Assembly: GCA_017442305.1 (NCBI GenBank)
Contig: JAFRZY010000001.1
Span: 2,632-66,631 of the forward strand
Reading direction: 5' to 3'
DNA from: Bacilli bacterium
GTDB lineage: Bacteria > Bacillota_I > Bacilli_A > RF39 > UBA660
Length of the DNA: 64,000 nucleotides
Numbering within the stretch: the first letter of the stretch is position 1; each line of letters opens with the position of its first letter. A program made the translations under genes and the position numbers. The notes beneath the pieces are model-generated. The model saw only the letters and a program-made list of their open reading frames with translations, had not been told where the DNA came from and made no database searches. Below are positions 36,244 to 45,090 of the stretch, piece by piece.

Positions 36244-39200
36244 AAAAAATCTTAAAAGCTGTATTGGTTGTATTTACTTTTGTTTGCGTTACAAATGTTA
36301 ATGCAGCAAACATTATTGATAAAGGAAAATATGATACTGGTTTAGATTATGGTTTTTCCGGAAAAGGAACTAGTGGTGGCGGTTATGATATGCCAGCAAC
36401 ATTAAGAAAATATATTCTACAAAAAGATGGAAAAGAATATAGTGCATTTTGTATGGACGTTACATACAAGCCAGTAAGTGATAGTCAATCTGTTTCTTGT
36501 ACTAAGATGGCAATAAATTCTGCTTACAATGCAGGTTTGATTGCGATTGGTAAAAATGGTTATAATATAAAAACTCAAACATCAAATACAATTAATGGGA
36601 TTACGGTAAGTGGTGATAATTATTACAGTGCAACAAATATTGCATTACGTTTATATAAAATGGCAATGGGAAATGCCAAGACCGATAACTCTTATGCAAG
36701 TATGTCCGCTGATTATAACTATAGTATGTTAAATACTGCTGTTGATTGGATGTATAGTAATTTTGAGTTATTTAAAAAAGCAACGGGATACACAGGTAAG
36801 AAAGATAAAAGTGAATTGTTTAAATATACTGGGTTATCAGGTACCGCTGCTATAGGTCAAAATACTCAATATGCAAAAACTACGGATCATCATGATAACA
36901 AAATGTCTGATAATTTCTATACTTTAAGAAGTGCTGATAGTTCAGTTTACAAAGCTGCAAAGGAATTATTTAAAATAGGTTTAGAAGAGGCTGCAGCTTA
37001 CAGAAGTAATCCTACAGCGTATAAAGAAAAATATAATGATAATACTGACGGTAAAAAAGCTAGTATTGTAGTTTCTAATATAAATAATAATAGTAATTCA
37101 TCGGTTGCAGGTGGAACATCTTCAAGACAAGATAATAATACTCATTTAGTAAGTTTAGATTATGTTACTATAGAATTAAAAGATTTTACTGCAACCGATA
37201 AAATTAGTGACATTTCAATAAGTTGTATTAATTGTAGTGAAGTTGCAAGAGGTACTGCTTCTGTTGCGATTTCAAGATATTCATTAGACGGAGGAAATAC
37301 TTATATTAATGGTGCTCCAACAAATGATAAATTAAATGGTTTAACTGGTAATAAAAAAATAGTGTTAGAAATCACTACTAAAGTAAAAAAAGATAATCTT
37401 TATAGTTGTGATGATATTAAATTCAAAGTATCTTACAACTCAAATTTAACAAGTTCGACAAACTCATCAGAGGATGATTCGAATATAAAAGGTATTTATA
37501 GTTGTTTAGCAGCTAATAAACCAGGAGATCATCAAGAATTTTATCAAATTGAAGCATGGCCTAATGAATCAGCAACTAATCCTGATGAGAATCCTGGAGG
37601 TACTGATGGTAGTCCTGCATCAGCTTCAAAAGAATTTAAGGTTAATTTCTGTCCGCCTACTGGTTCTTGTATTGCAAAAGATCCTGCTACTATGACTGAT
37701 GAAGAAAAACAAGAATGCTGTGATGAATGGGAAGATGCATGTGTAAACGGTAACAATTATTGTACATATGTTGGAGAATATTGTGTTACATGTGATACTA
37801 AAATTGATCATCCTACAGCTTGTACCGATTTTGATGATGCTGGTGTATCTGAAGGAGAAGTAGTAGAAGCTTTAGATGAAAATGGTAATGATAATACTAA
37901 GCTTTGTCTATTAATGCGAAAAAAAGATGAAGCGGGTAATAGCATCTTAAGCAGTTCAAATAGCTATTGTGAGATATATTGTAAAGAAGAATTTAAATAT
38001 AATCTTCCGGGAGCTGTATCTATAAATAGTGGTACATATTTCCAATTAGAAGCTACAATAACAGGTACTAAGAGTTGTTATACTTCAAAAATAGATACAA
38101 ATAAATTTAAAACGGATTTAGAAGCCCTTAAGGCCGATAAAGATGCTGGTAGAATTTCAGCCGCCGAATATAATACTAAACGTGATGATGTTGTAAAACA
38201 ATATAATTCTTGTGTCAATTTAGATGAAGAATATAGTTGTTTTGAACCAAAGATAAAGTATGAATATGATGAATCTTATGATAACGGAATTAATGAAGGT
38301 AGTAAGGAATTTACTCGTACTAATGTTACAGTATCTAATGACGAAACTGAATATTGTACTGGTGAAGTAAATGATAGTTATGCTTGTCAAGGTTCTAATA
38401 GAAAAGGAACTATAACAATAAATGGTGTAACATATAGTACTGCAGATTATGTAAAGACTACTATTACTAAAACTGCTAATTATAAAACACCATCAGTGTT
38501 CTATACAAAGACTCCGACTGGTGCTATAGTTTCACAAGAAGAGTATGATCGTTTAGCTGAAAGTCAAAAAAATAATTATAATAAAATAGATGGTTTACCT
38601 GTATCAATTAAAACTGAAAGTGGAAATCATAAGTTTACTTTAACATTATCGAATGTTGGAGAATTCTATGCATTAAGTAAACCTGGAGCTTGTGTAACAG
38701 GTAGATTAATCGGTGCAGATAATAGTGTTTTTGATAAAAATAAAAATACAAAAGCAGAGTATGATTGTAAGTACTTTGTAAATTGTCCAGAGTGTGATTT
38801 TGATTGTGTTGGACCTTTATGTAATATTGAAACATGTGATGGACCAAATTGTGTTCCTACATGTATAGGTTATGGATGTGCTTATACTAATGGTGGTTTA
38901 AGCTATGCTTACAGAACTATTTCTTTAGTTAACTTAAATCCAACTAATAGAGAACTAGGTTATAACTGGAATACTAATAGTTCTAAGAATAAAGCTGCTG
39001 CTAAAGCAACTGCAGCAATTACTGAAATTACTGGAGAAAAAGAAGATATTTATGAAGATGAACCAATATATTCATTTAAGATTACGCCAGCTTTACAAAG
39101 AAAAATTAAAGAATATAATAAAACTCAACTTAATAAAGGTGGATTTGCAAATGAATCATTAGTGTGTGAAGATTACACATACAACGGTAAAACTTATGAA

Positions 39201-39374
39201 AATGTTAATTGTAAAAGTACATTTATCGAAGATTTAAATAGTGGAGAATTTGCAAACAATGTTGTTGTTCCTTCTGAAAAGAGTAAACCAACATTTACTA
39301 ACTGGTTTGAAAGTGACTATTGTCAAAATAATGTTTGTACAACAGGAAAAGGAATAGGACCTTCATATAAATAG
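36240..39374 (+). CDS. 1044-aa Cys-rich secreted protein (candidate adhesin / pilus-associated protein or substrate)
   Basis: Signal peptide ...VNA/ANI. Many Cys residues, including CPECDFDCVGPLCNIETCDGPNCVPTCIGYGCAY (38782..38884). No LPXTG and no TM. Confidence 0.55.
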   Translation: MKKILKAVLVVFTFVCVTNVNAANIIDKGKYDTGLDYGFSGKGTSGGGYDMPATLRKYILQKDGKEYSAFCMDVTYKPVSDSQSVSCTKMAINSAYNAGLIAIGKNGYNIKTQTSNTINGITVSGDNYYSATNIALRLYKMAMGNAKTDNSYASMSADYNYSMLNTAVDWMYSNFELFKKATGYTGKKDKSELFKYTGLSGTAAIGQNTQYAKTTDHHDNKMSDNFYTLRSADSSVYKAAKELFKIGLEEAAAYRSNPTAYKEKYNDNTDGKKASIVVSNINNNSNSSVAGGTSSRQDNNTHLVSLDYVTIELKDFTATDKISDISISCINCSEVARGTASVAISRYSLDGGNTYINGAPTNDKLNGLTGNKKIVLEITTKVKKDNLYSCDDIKFKVSYNSNLTSSTNSSEDDSNIKGIYSCLAANKPGDHQEFYQIEAWPNESATNPDENPGGTDGSPASASKEFKVNFCPPTGSCIAKDPATMTDEEKQECCDEWEDACVNGNNYCTYVGEYCVTCDTKIDHPTACTDFDDAGVSEGEVVEALDENGNDNTKLCLLMRKKDEAGNSILSSSNSYCEIYCKEEFKYNLPGAVSINSGTYFQLEATITGTKSCYTSKIDTNKFKTDLEALKADKDAGRISAAEYNTKRDDVVKQYNSCVNLDEEYSCFEPKIKYEYDESYDNGINEGSKEFTRTNVTVSNDETEYCTGEVNDSYACQGSNRKGTITINGVTYSTADYVKTTITKTANYKTPSVFYTKTPTGAIVSQEEYDRLAESQKNNYNKIDGLPVSIKTESGNHKFTLTLSNVGEFYALSKPGACVTGRLIGADNSVFDKNKNTKAEYDCKYFVNCPECDFDCVGPLCNIETCDGPNCVPTCIGYGCAYTNGGLSYAYRTISLVNLNPTNRELGYNWNTNSSKNKAAAKATAAITEITGEKEDIYEDEPIYSFKITPALQRKIKEYNKTQLNKGGFANESLVCEDYTYNGKTYENVNCKSTFIEDLNSGEFANNVVVPSEKSKPTFTNWFESDYCQNNVCTTGKGIGPSYK

Positions 39375-39395
39375 AAGAGGAAAGGATTTGCTTAT

Positions 39396-39815
39396 ATGAA
39401 AGAATCATATTGGGGTTATTGGTTAATAGTTCTTGGTATTTTTGTTATAGTTGTAATGATGTTAATTTCAAATTTAACTTCTACTAATACGCAAGATTAC
39501 TATTTGATAAAAGAAATAACACAAGCTTCTATGTTAGATTCTGTAGATTATGCTTACTATCGTGAGTATGAAGAAGTAAAAATAAATAAAGAAAAGTTTG
39601 TGGAAAGTTTTATAAGAAGATTTACTGATTCAGCAACATTAAGTTCAACTTATGAAGTATCTTTTTATGAAATTTATGAAGCACCCCCAAAAGTAAGTGT
39701 TAAAGTTTCTAGTTCATCTAATACCTTTAATATAGCAGGTGATGCAGAATCATTTGATATTGTTAATAAATTAGATGCAATCCTAGAAATGGGTGTATTA
39801 AAGGTAGATAATTAG
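39396..39815 (+). CDS. Pseudopilin-like protein (paralog of the 44108 and 44603 genes)
   Basis: N-terminus MKESYWGYWLIVLGIFVIVVMMLIS matches the MKE[AS]..G + hydrophobic helix pattern of the downstream pilin and pseudopilin genes. Confidence 0.45.
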   Translation: MKESYWGYWLIVLGIFVIVVMMLISNLTSTNTQDYYLIKEITQASMLDSVDYAYYREYEEVKINKEKFVESFIRRFTDSATLSSTYEVSFYEIYEAPPKVSVKVSSSSNTFNIAGDAESFDIVNKLDAILEMGVLKVDN

Positions 39816-39825
39816 GAGGAATAAA

Positions 39826-40632
39826 ATGGGTAATTTAATGACAAATTTAAAAAAATTTATTAGTAATAAAAATACTGTTACTATATTAGGTGTAATATTA
39901 GGGGTAGTAGTTTTATATATCGGATATAATTATCGTGTAAAACAAGCTATAGAATTAGTTTCTATTCCTTATGCTACTCAAGCTATTGCTGGTAAGACTA
40001 AAATTACATCTGAAATGATTAGTACCGTTGAAGTAAATAGATCATTTTTAAGAAATAATCCTAATGTTATTACAGATATTAATAAATTAATAGATCAATA
40101 TGTTAATTATGGTATGCCTGTACCAAATGGAGCTTTCTTCTATACTGATCAAGTTGTAGCAGAAAAACAATTAAATGATTCAGCATTTAATGATATACCA
40201 GATGGCTATACAATATTTACTTTAAAGGTTGATTTACATACAACTTATGGTAATTCTATATACCCTGGTAATTATATAGATTTATATTTAAAAGCAATTG
40301 ATGATACTAATAGATTAATATATGGACAATTTATTACAAGTATCGAAGTATTGGCAGTTAAAGATAGTGCTGGAAATCATGTGTTTGAAGGTGCTTCAAC
40401 TGGTACTCCTGCAGAACTTTTATTTGCAGTACCAGACGAAATGTATAAATTGTTAATGAAAGCAGACTTATTAACATCAAATTCTATTGAAATAATCCCT
40501 GTACCTAGAAATGCTAGTTATACTTCTAATAAAGGAGAAACTAGTGTAACAAGTGAATATTTAAAGAATTTTATCTTATCTAAATCTGCGACAATCCCTG
40601 ATGAATTTGTAAATAATACAGTAACTGAATAA
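39826..40632 (+). CDS. cpaB: CpaB/RcpC-like pilus assembly protein (SAF domain)
   Basis: 268 aa. N-terminal TM, then VSIPYATQAIAGKTKITSEMIS, a SAF-like beta-clip. Position immediately upstream of the CpaF-like ATPase. Confidence 0.6.
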   Translation: MGNLMTNLKKFISNKNTVTILGVILGVVVLYIGYNYRVKQAIELVSIPYATQAIAGKTKITSEMISTVEVNRSFLRNNPNVITDINKLIDQYVNYGMPVPNGAFFYTDQVVAEKQLNDSAFNDIPDGYTIFTLKVDLHTTYGNSIYPGNYIDLYLKAIDDTNRLIYGQFITSIEVLAVKDSAGNHVFEGASTGTPAELLFAVPDEMYKLLMKADLLTSNSIEIIPVPRNASYTSNKGETSVTSEYLKNFILSKSATIPDEFVNNTVTE

Positions 40633-40646
40633 AAAAGAGTAAAGAG

Positions 40647-41768
40647 GTGAGATTTGTGAATGATGCTATATTTTCACAAATAGACTTTGGACCAATTAAA
40701 GAATTTTTAGAACAAGACAATATAACCGATATTTCCTACAGTAATGGTGGTCAAATATGGTTAAAGTCTTTGGATAAAGGTGTTTATAAAGTTGAGCGTC
40801 CAGAAATAAATAATGCGTTAATCGAAAAATTAGCTTTTCAATGTTCTAATGTAATGGGTAAGACATTTAATATGGCTCATCCATTCTTAGATGCTGAAAG
40901 TGCAGAATTACGTTTAAATTTTATTCATGACTCCATTGCAACCAATGGAGTAGCTCTAGTTATACGTAAAACTCCGGCTAAAATAAGATTAAATAAAGAA
41001 AAATTATTAAATGAAAAGTATGTTACTGAAGAACTTTTGAATTTCTTATTACTATGTGTTCGTGCTCATTGCAACATAATTGTAAGTGGTGAAACTGGTT
41101 CCGGTAAAACAGAATTAGTAAAATACCTAGCTAGTCATACACTAGAAAACGAAAAAATTATTACTATTGAAGATACCTTAGAGTTACATTTAGATAGAAT
41201 TTTTCCGCATCGTGATATTGTAGCTATGAAGACAAATAATATTGCTGATTATTCTGATGTGTTAGTAACATGTATGCGTCAAAATCCACGTTGGATTTTA
41301 CTTTCGGAAGTTCGTAGTGCAGAAGCAGTTATGGCTGTAAGAAACTCAATTTCTTCAGGGCATAATATTATTTCAACAATTCACTCTGATAGTGCTGCTA
41401 ATATACCAATGCGTATGTATAGTTTGCTTGAATCGAATTTAGACATTGACCAATTCTTAAAATCAATTCATCGTTATGTACAATTAGGAATTCATGTAAA
41501 AGGTTATATGAGTAAAGAATTAGGTCGATTCCAAAGAGAGATTGTCGAAGTGACAGAATTTTATGTTGATGAAGAAAATAAAGCTGGTCATAATACAATA
41601 TTTAAAAAAGGCTTAGATGGAAAAATATGTTTTAAAAATCCATCTAAATATATTAGAAATTATATGGGGGCTCAAGGAGTAGATGTTCCTGAAATAGTAT
41701 TTAAGGAAACTATTAGTGCAGAGGATAATACTACGTCAGATTATATAAATGAAATAGAAACTTTATAA
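40647..41768 (+). CDS. tadA: CpaF/TadA-family secretion ATPase
   Basis: Walker A SGETGSGKTE, IEDTLEL (Asp box), MRQNPRWILLSEVRSAEA, His box GHNIISTIHSDSA. An alternative GTG start at 40656 is better spaced from SD agaggtga. Confidence 0.85.
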   Translation: MRFVNDAIFSQIDFGPIKEFLEQDNITDISYSNGGQIWLKSLDKGVYKVERPEINNALIEKLAFQCSNVMGKTFNMAHPFLDAESAELRLNFIHDSIATNGVALVIRKTPAKIRLNKEKLLNEKYVTEELLNFLLLCVRAHCNIIVSGETGSGKTELVKYLASHTLENEKIITIEDTLELHLDRIFPHRDIVAMKTNNIADYSDVLVTCMRQNPRWILLSEVRSAEAVMAVRNSISSGHNIISTIHSDSAANIPMRMYSLLESNLDIDQFLKSIHRYVQLGIHVKGYMSKELGRFQREIVEVTEFYVDEENKAGHNTIFKKGLDGKICFKNPSKYIRNYMGAQGVDVPEIVFKETISAEDNTTSDYINEIETL

Positions 41769-41781
41769 AAGGAGGATATTT

Positions 41782-42675
41782 GTGGAACTTATTATATTAT
41801 TAGCTATAACAATATTTGTCATTACTTATAGAAAAAACACTGGCGAAAATGTTTATAAATTTTTTGTTTCGCAAGTGTCTAATATGTATGAAAAATATGC
41901 TCCTTATAGTTTTAAAACAGTTAGAGAAAAAACTAAAGAATTAGGACAAGAATACACTACTAAACAATATACTATTCAAGTTGTTTTATTTGCTGCTATA
42001 GGTGGCGGTATTGCTTATATGTATTTTTATAGTATTATATGGGCTTTAATATATGCATGCATTGCAGTTGCATTTATCCCATATCTAGCGTATTTAAGAT
42101 GCCAAAGAGTTTATAGTGAATATATATTTGAACAAATTCAGGTATATACAACAAATGTAATAATGGAATTTAATACAACTCAAAGTTTTGTTAAGTCTTT
42201 AGAGGGAGTTAGAGATTCAGGAATTTTAGAAAATCCTGTATTAGATGATGTAAAAACTATGATTGAGATGTCATATCAAAATGGTACGATAGATGAATCC
42301 ATTGAATTTTTCAATAGTAAGTACCCTTATTATATGGTAAAAAATATGCATCAATTATTTTTACAAATCACTAAAGAAGGTGCAAGAGATTCAGGAGAGT
42401 CTTTAGAAAACATGTCAATGGATATCGACGCTTTGGTTGAAGGTGTATATCGTGATCAAATGGATCGTAAAAATTTCCATAAAAGATTTATTACTTTTGG
42501 TCTTGTATTATTCTTCTTAGTAATGGTTATGCAATTTTTACTTGGAAGAGAAAGTTATATTGAATTACTAGACTTATGGTATGTAAAAATTATATTGCAT
42601 GCAATAATTATTATAAATAGTTATTTCCTTATCACTGGTGAAAAATATTATAATGAAGATGTGGGGGGAGAATAA
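41782..42675 (+). CDS. tadB: TadB-like T2SS-F-family platform protein
   Basis: 297 aa. N-terminal TMs, ~130-aa cytoplasmic helical domain, C-terminal TM pair. Follows the ATPase gene. Confidence 0.6.
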   Translation: MELIILLAITIFVITYRKNTGENVYKFFVSQVSNMYEKYAPYSFKTVREKTKELGQEYTTKQYTIQVVLFAAIGGGIAYMYFYSIIWALIYACIAVAFIPYLAYLRCQRVYSEYIFEQIQVYTTNVIMEFNTTQSFVKSLEGVRDSGILENPVLDDVKTMIEMSYQNGTIDESIEFFNSKYPYYMVKNMHQLFLQITKEGARDSGESLENMSMDIDALVEGVYRDQMDRKNFHKRFITFGLVLFFLVMVMQFLLGRESYIELLDLWYVKIILHAIIIINSYFLITGEKYYNEDVGGE

Positions 42676-43463
42676 TGTATTTAGAAATTATTATTATTGG
42701 TATTATTGTTATTTTCTTAATGGTTTATACTGGGCGAATTAATTCTAATAAGTTTTTTTCAGATAATGAAGTATATTTAAGAAAATTAAAAGAAGAAGAT
42801 TGGGATTTCTATGTAAAAGCTAAATATGGTGATAATGTTAATTCTGATATTCTATTTAATAGAAGAATCCGTAATGGAGTGATGATAGCCGCGTTAGTAC
42901 TATGTTTAATGCTTGGTAATTTAAGTTATATTACTTTTCTATTTGCTATTATTGTAGGTTTCTTCACTTTTAAATTAGATTATATTAATATTAAAAGTTA
43001 TTATAAGAAACATCTACATCAAATAGATGCTATGCTACCGCATTATTTAAAAAGTATAGAAATTTTAATACAACACTATACAGTACCGGTAGCTATTGGT
43101 AAATCAATGAATGATGCTCCAGCAATATTTAAAGATGGACTTCAAGAATTAATAAATGAAATTAATGCTGGTAATGATACTATTGAACCTTATATGAATT
43201 TTGCTAAAACATATCCGGTAAGAGATTCAATGCGTATGATGCGTTTATTATATCGTTTGAGTTTAGGACGCCAAGAAAGAAAGCAAGAACAATTACTAGC
43301 TTTTTCAAGATCAATTTCAAATTTGCAACAAAAAGCTAGGGAAACCAAATATAAAGAAAGACTTGAAAAAATGGAAAGTAAGACCATGGCAATGTTGATA
43401 ACTACCGGTTTAGGGGTTATGATATTACTTATCTTAGCTGTTCTATTAATAATGAATGTTTAA
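42675..43463 (+). CDS. tadC: TadC-like T2SS-F-family platform protein
   Basis: 262 aa with the same topology class. TAATG overlap with the TadB-like gene. Confidence 0.6.
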   Translation: MYLEIIIIGIIVIFLMVYTGRINSNKFFSDNEVYLRKLKEEDWDFYVKAKYGDNVNSDILFNRRIRNGVMIAALVLCLMLGNLSYITFLFAIIVGFFTFKLDYINIKSYYKKHLHQIDAMLPHYLKSIEILIQHYTVPVAIGKSMNDAPAIFKDGLQELINEINAGNDTIEPYMNFAKTYPVRDSMRMMRLLYRLSLGRQERKQEQLLAFSRSISNLQQKARETKYKERLEKMESKTMAMLITTGLGVMILLILAVLLIMNV

Positions 43464-43487
43464 AAACTGTCTTTTGACAGTTTTTTT
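43463..43487 (+). terminator. Rho-independent terminator
   Basis: AAAACTGTC TTTT GACAGTTTTTTT. Confidence 0.65.
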
Positions 43488-43512
43488 GCTTCGTAAAGTA
43501 AAAATATTCTTG

Positions 43513-43541
43513 TTGATAAAAATATAAAAAAAAGTTATAAT
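43513..43541 (+). promoter_or_regulatory. Near-consensus SigA promoter of the pilin operon
   Basis: TTGATA (43513..43518), 17-nt spacer, TATAAT (43536..43541). Confidence 0.55.
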
Positions 43542-43572
43542 AATTATGTAATAATAAAGGAGGAATTTAATA

Positions 43573-43836
43573 ATGAAGGAAGCAACTGGAGAATTAAATA
43601 TGACAGTTATAACAGTAGTGGCTATTGCAGCAGTAGGAGCATTCTTTTACGCATTTGTATGGCCTGCTATAAAAGGAAATATTACTAGCTCTACTAGATG
43701 TGCTAATGCTGTATGTACAAGTTGTTCTACTGCTAATGGAAGAAGAAGTTGTACTGGATGTTCGTTTGATACAAATGGAGATGGAGTAGTTTCAGGTACT
43801 GATGAAACTGGTTTTTCTTGCACATATAACGATTAA
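43573..43836 (+). CDS. Small pilin-like protein 1 (Cys-rich head)
   Basis: 87 aa. MKEATGELNMTVITVVAIAAVGAFFYAFVW, then a 6-Cys C-terminal domain. SD aaaggagg. Confidence 0.6.
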   Translation: MKEATGELNMTVITVVAIAAVGAFFYAFVWPAIKGNITSSTRCANAVCTSCSTANGRRSCTGCSFDTNGDGVVSGTDETGFSCTYND

Positions 43837-43849
43837 TTAGGTGATATAA

Positions 43850-44092
43850 ATGAAAGAGGCTACAGGAGAACTAAATATGACAGTAATTGTATTAACGTTG
43901 GTAGGGCTTCTAATAGCTCTTTTCTTTTATACTGTCTGGCCAATGTTAAGAGGAAATTTTGTTAGTGAAACAAATTGCAGTAAAGCAATTTGTGAACCTT
44001 GTCCTAGTATTGCAGGAAATACTTGTAAAACTAGGGTATGTCATATGCCAGGCGATGAAGCTAATACATTTGAATGTGTTAATAAAGGATAA
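43850..44092 (+). CDS. Small pilin-like protein 2 (Cys-rich head)
   Basis: 80 aa. The first 13 residues are identical to pilin 1 (MKEATGELNMTVI) despite synonymous nucleotide differences. 6 Cys in the C-terminal part. Confidence 0.6.
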   Translation: MKEATGELNMTVIVLTLVGLLIALFFYTVWPMLRGNFVSETNCSKAICEPCPSIAGNTCKTRVCHMPGDEANTFECVNKG

Positions 44093-44107
44093 AAGTAGGT
44101 GATATAA

Positions 44108-44593
44108 TTGAAAGAAGCAATAGGTGGTAATTGGTTATTTAATATTGTGATTTTTTTCGTTGTATTGTTTACTGGGTATTTATGTCTATCAATTAATCAT
44201 ACAAAGGCGTTTAATGTAAAAGACGATATAGTTAAAATTATTGAGCGTGAAAATGGATTTGAAGATTTAAGTGCTGTTAGTTCTTTGCATGATAAAAAAA
44301 TAATAAATGATATAGTTGATAGTTTACAAACTTTTGGATATCGTAATACTAGTGTTTGTCCTGTTAATGAATCAGGAACTACATGGTATGGCTTTGATAG
44401 AGAAGGAAACAGAGATCATAGTAACAGGAATTCGGCTTTTTGTATTCGAAAAATAGATGTTTCTAAGAATAGAGATGATGCACCTGATACTGGATATTAT
44501 CAAGTTGTTGTTTTCTATCAATTAGATTTACCAATATTTAATAGTTTATTTAATTTTAATATAAAAGGCGATACTAAGCTTTTATATAGGTAG
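44108..44593 (+). CDS. Pseudopilin/TadE-position protein
   Basis: 161 aa, TTG start. MKEAIGGNWLFNIVIFFVVLFTGYL. Paralog of the 44603 gene (shared FCIRK/YCIRK and F.I.G C-terminal strands). Confidence 0.5.
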   Translation: MKEAIGGNWLFNIVIFFVVLFTGYLCLSINHTKAFNVKDDIVKIIERENGFEDLSAVSSLHDKKIINDIVDSLQTFGYRNTSVCPVNESGTTWYGFDREGNRDHSNRNSAFCIRKIDVSKNRDDAPDTGYYQVVVFYQLDLPIFNSLFNFNIKGDTKLLYR

Positions 44594-44602
44594 GGTGAAT
44601 AT

Positions 44603-45079
44603 ATGAGAGAATCAATAGGAACCACATGGATTTTACAATTGGTAATAGTGTTTATTTTATTGTTTGTTAGTTTTTTAACTCTTTCATTAAATTATTCGAA
44701 AGCTTATAAAACTAAAAATGAAATGTTAAGTATAATAGAAAAGTATGAGGGATTAAATTCTGATTCTATAAAAATTATTAATAATTATTTAAGTTACAAT
44801 AATTATAAAGTTAAAAGCAAATGCCCGACTGATGGTATTTGGTATGGGCAAACAGATATATCTGGTAATAATGGAGTGTTAGAGCAAGCCGTTTCTAATC
44901 AAGAATATTATTATTGTATTCGAAAAAGAAGTTCGAATAGATATCATTATTACCATTTTTACGAAGTAAAAGTTTTCTTGACTTTTAATTTACCTGTTTT
45001 TGGTGATTTTGCTAAATTTACGATAAACGGGTCTACCGCAGATGTATTAACAAAAGATACATATACTGCATCAAATTAA
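44603..45079 (+). CDS. Pseudopilin/TadF-position protein
   Basis: 158 aa. MRESIGTTWILQLVIVFILLFVSFL. Paralog of the 44108 gene. Confidence 0.5.
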   Translation: MRESIGTTWILQLVIVFILLFVSFLTLSLNYSKAYKTKNEMLSIIEKYEGLNSDSIKIINNYLSYNNYKVKSKCPTDGIWYGQTDISGNNGVLEQAVSNQEYYYCIRKRSSNRYHYYHFYEVKVFLTFNLPVFGDFAKFTINGSTADVLTKDTYTASN

Positions 45080-45090
45080 GGAGGATTAAA

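Noticed and set aside
36438-36656. Considered a thioester-domain (TED) adhesin signature in the 1044-aa protein: YSAFCMD (Cys motif) and YSATNIALRLY (TQxAIW-like).
   Set aside because: The position of the essential Gln is occupied by Asn (TN instead of TQ), so a Cys-Gln thioester cannot be claimed. The similarity may be coincidental.
40647-41768. Considered calling the ATPase VirB11 of the T4SS rather than TadA/CpaF.
   Set aside because: It is preceded by a CpaB-like SAF protein. It is followed by two T2SS-F/TadB-TadC-topology proteins, pilins and a TadZ-like protein. Monoderm T4SSs normally lack VirB11. The distinction still needs profile searches.
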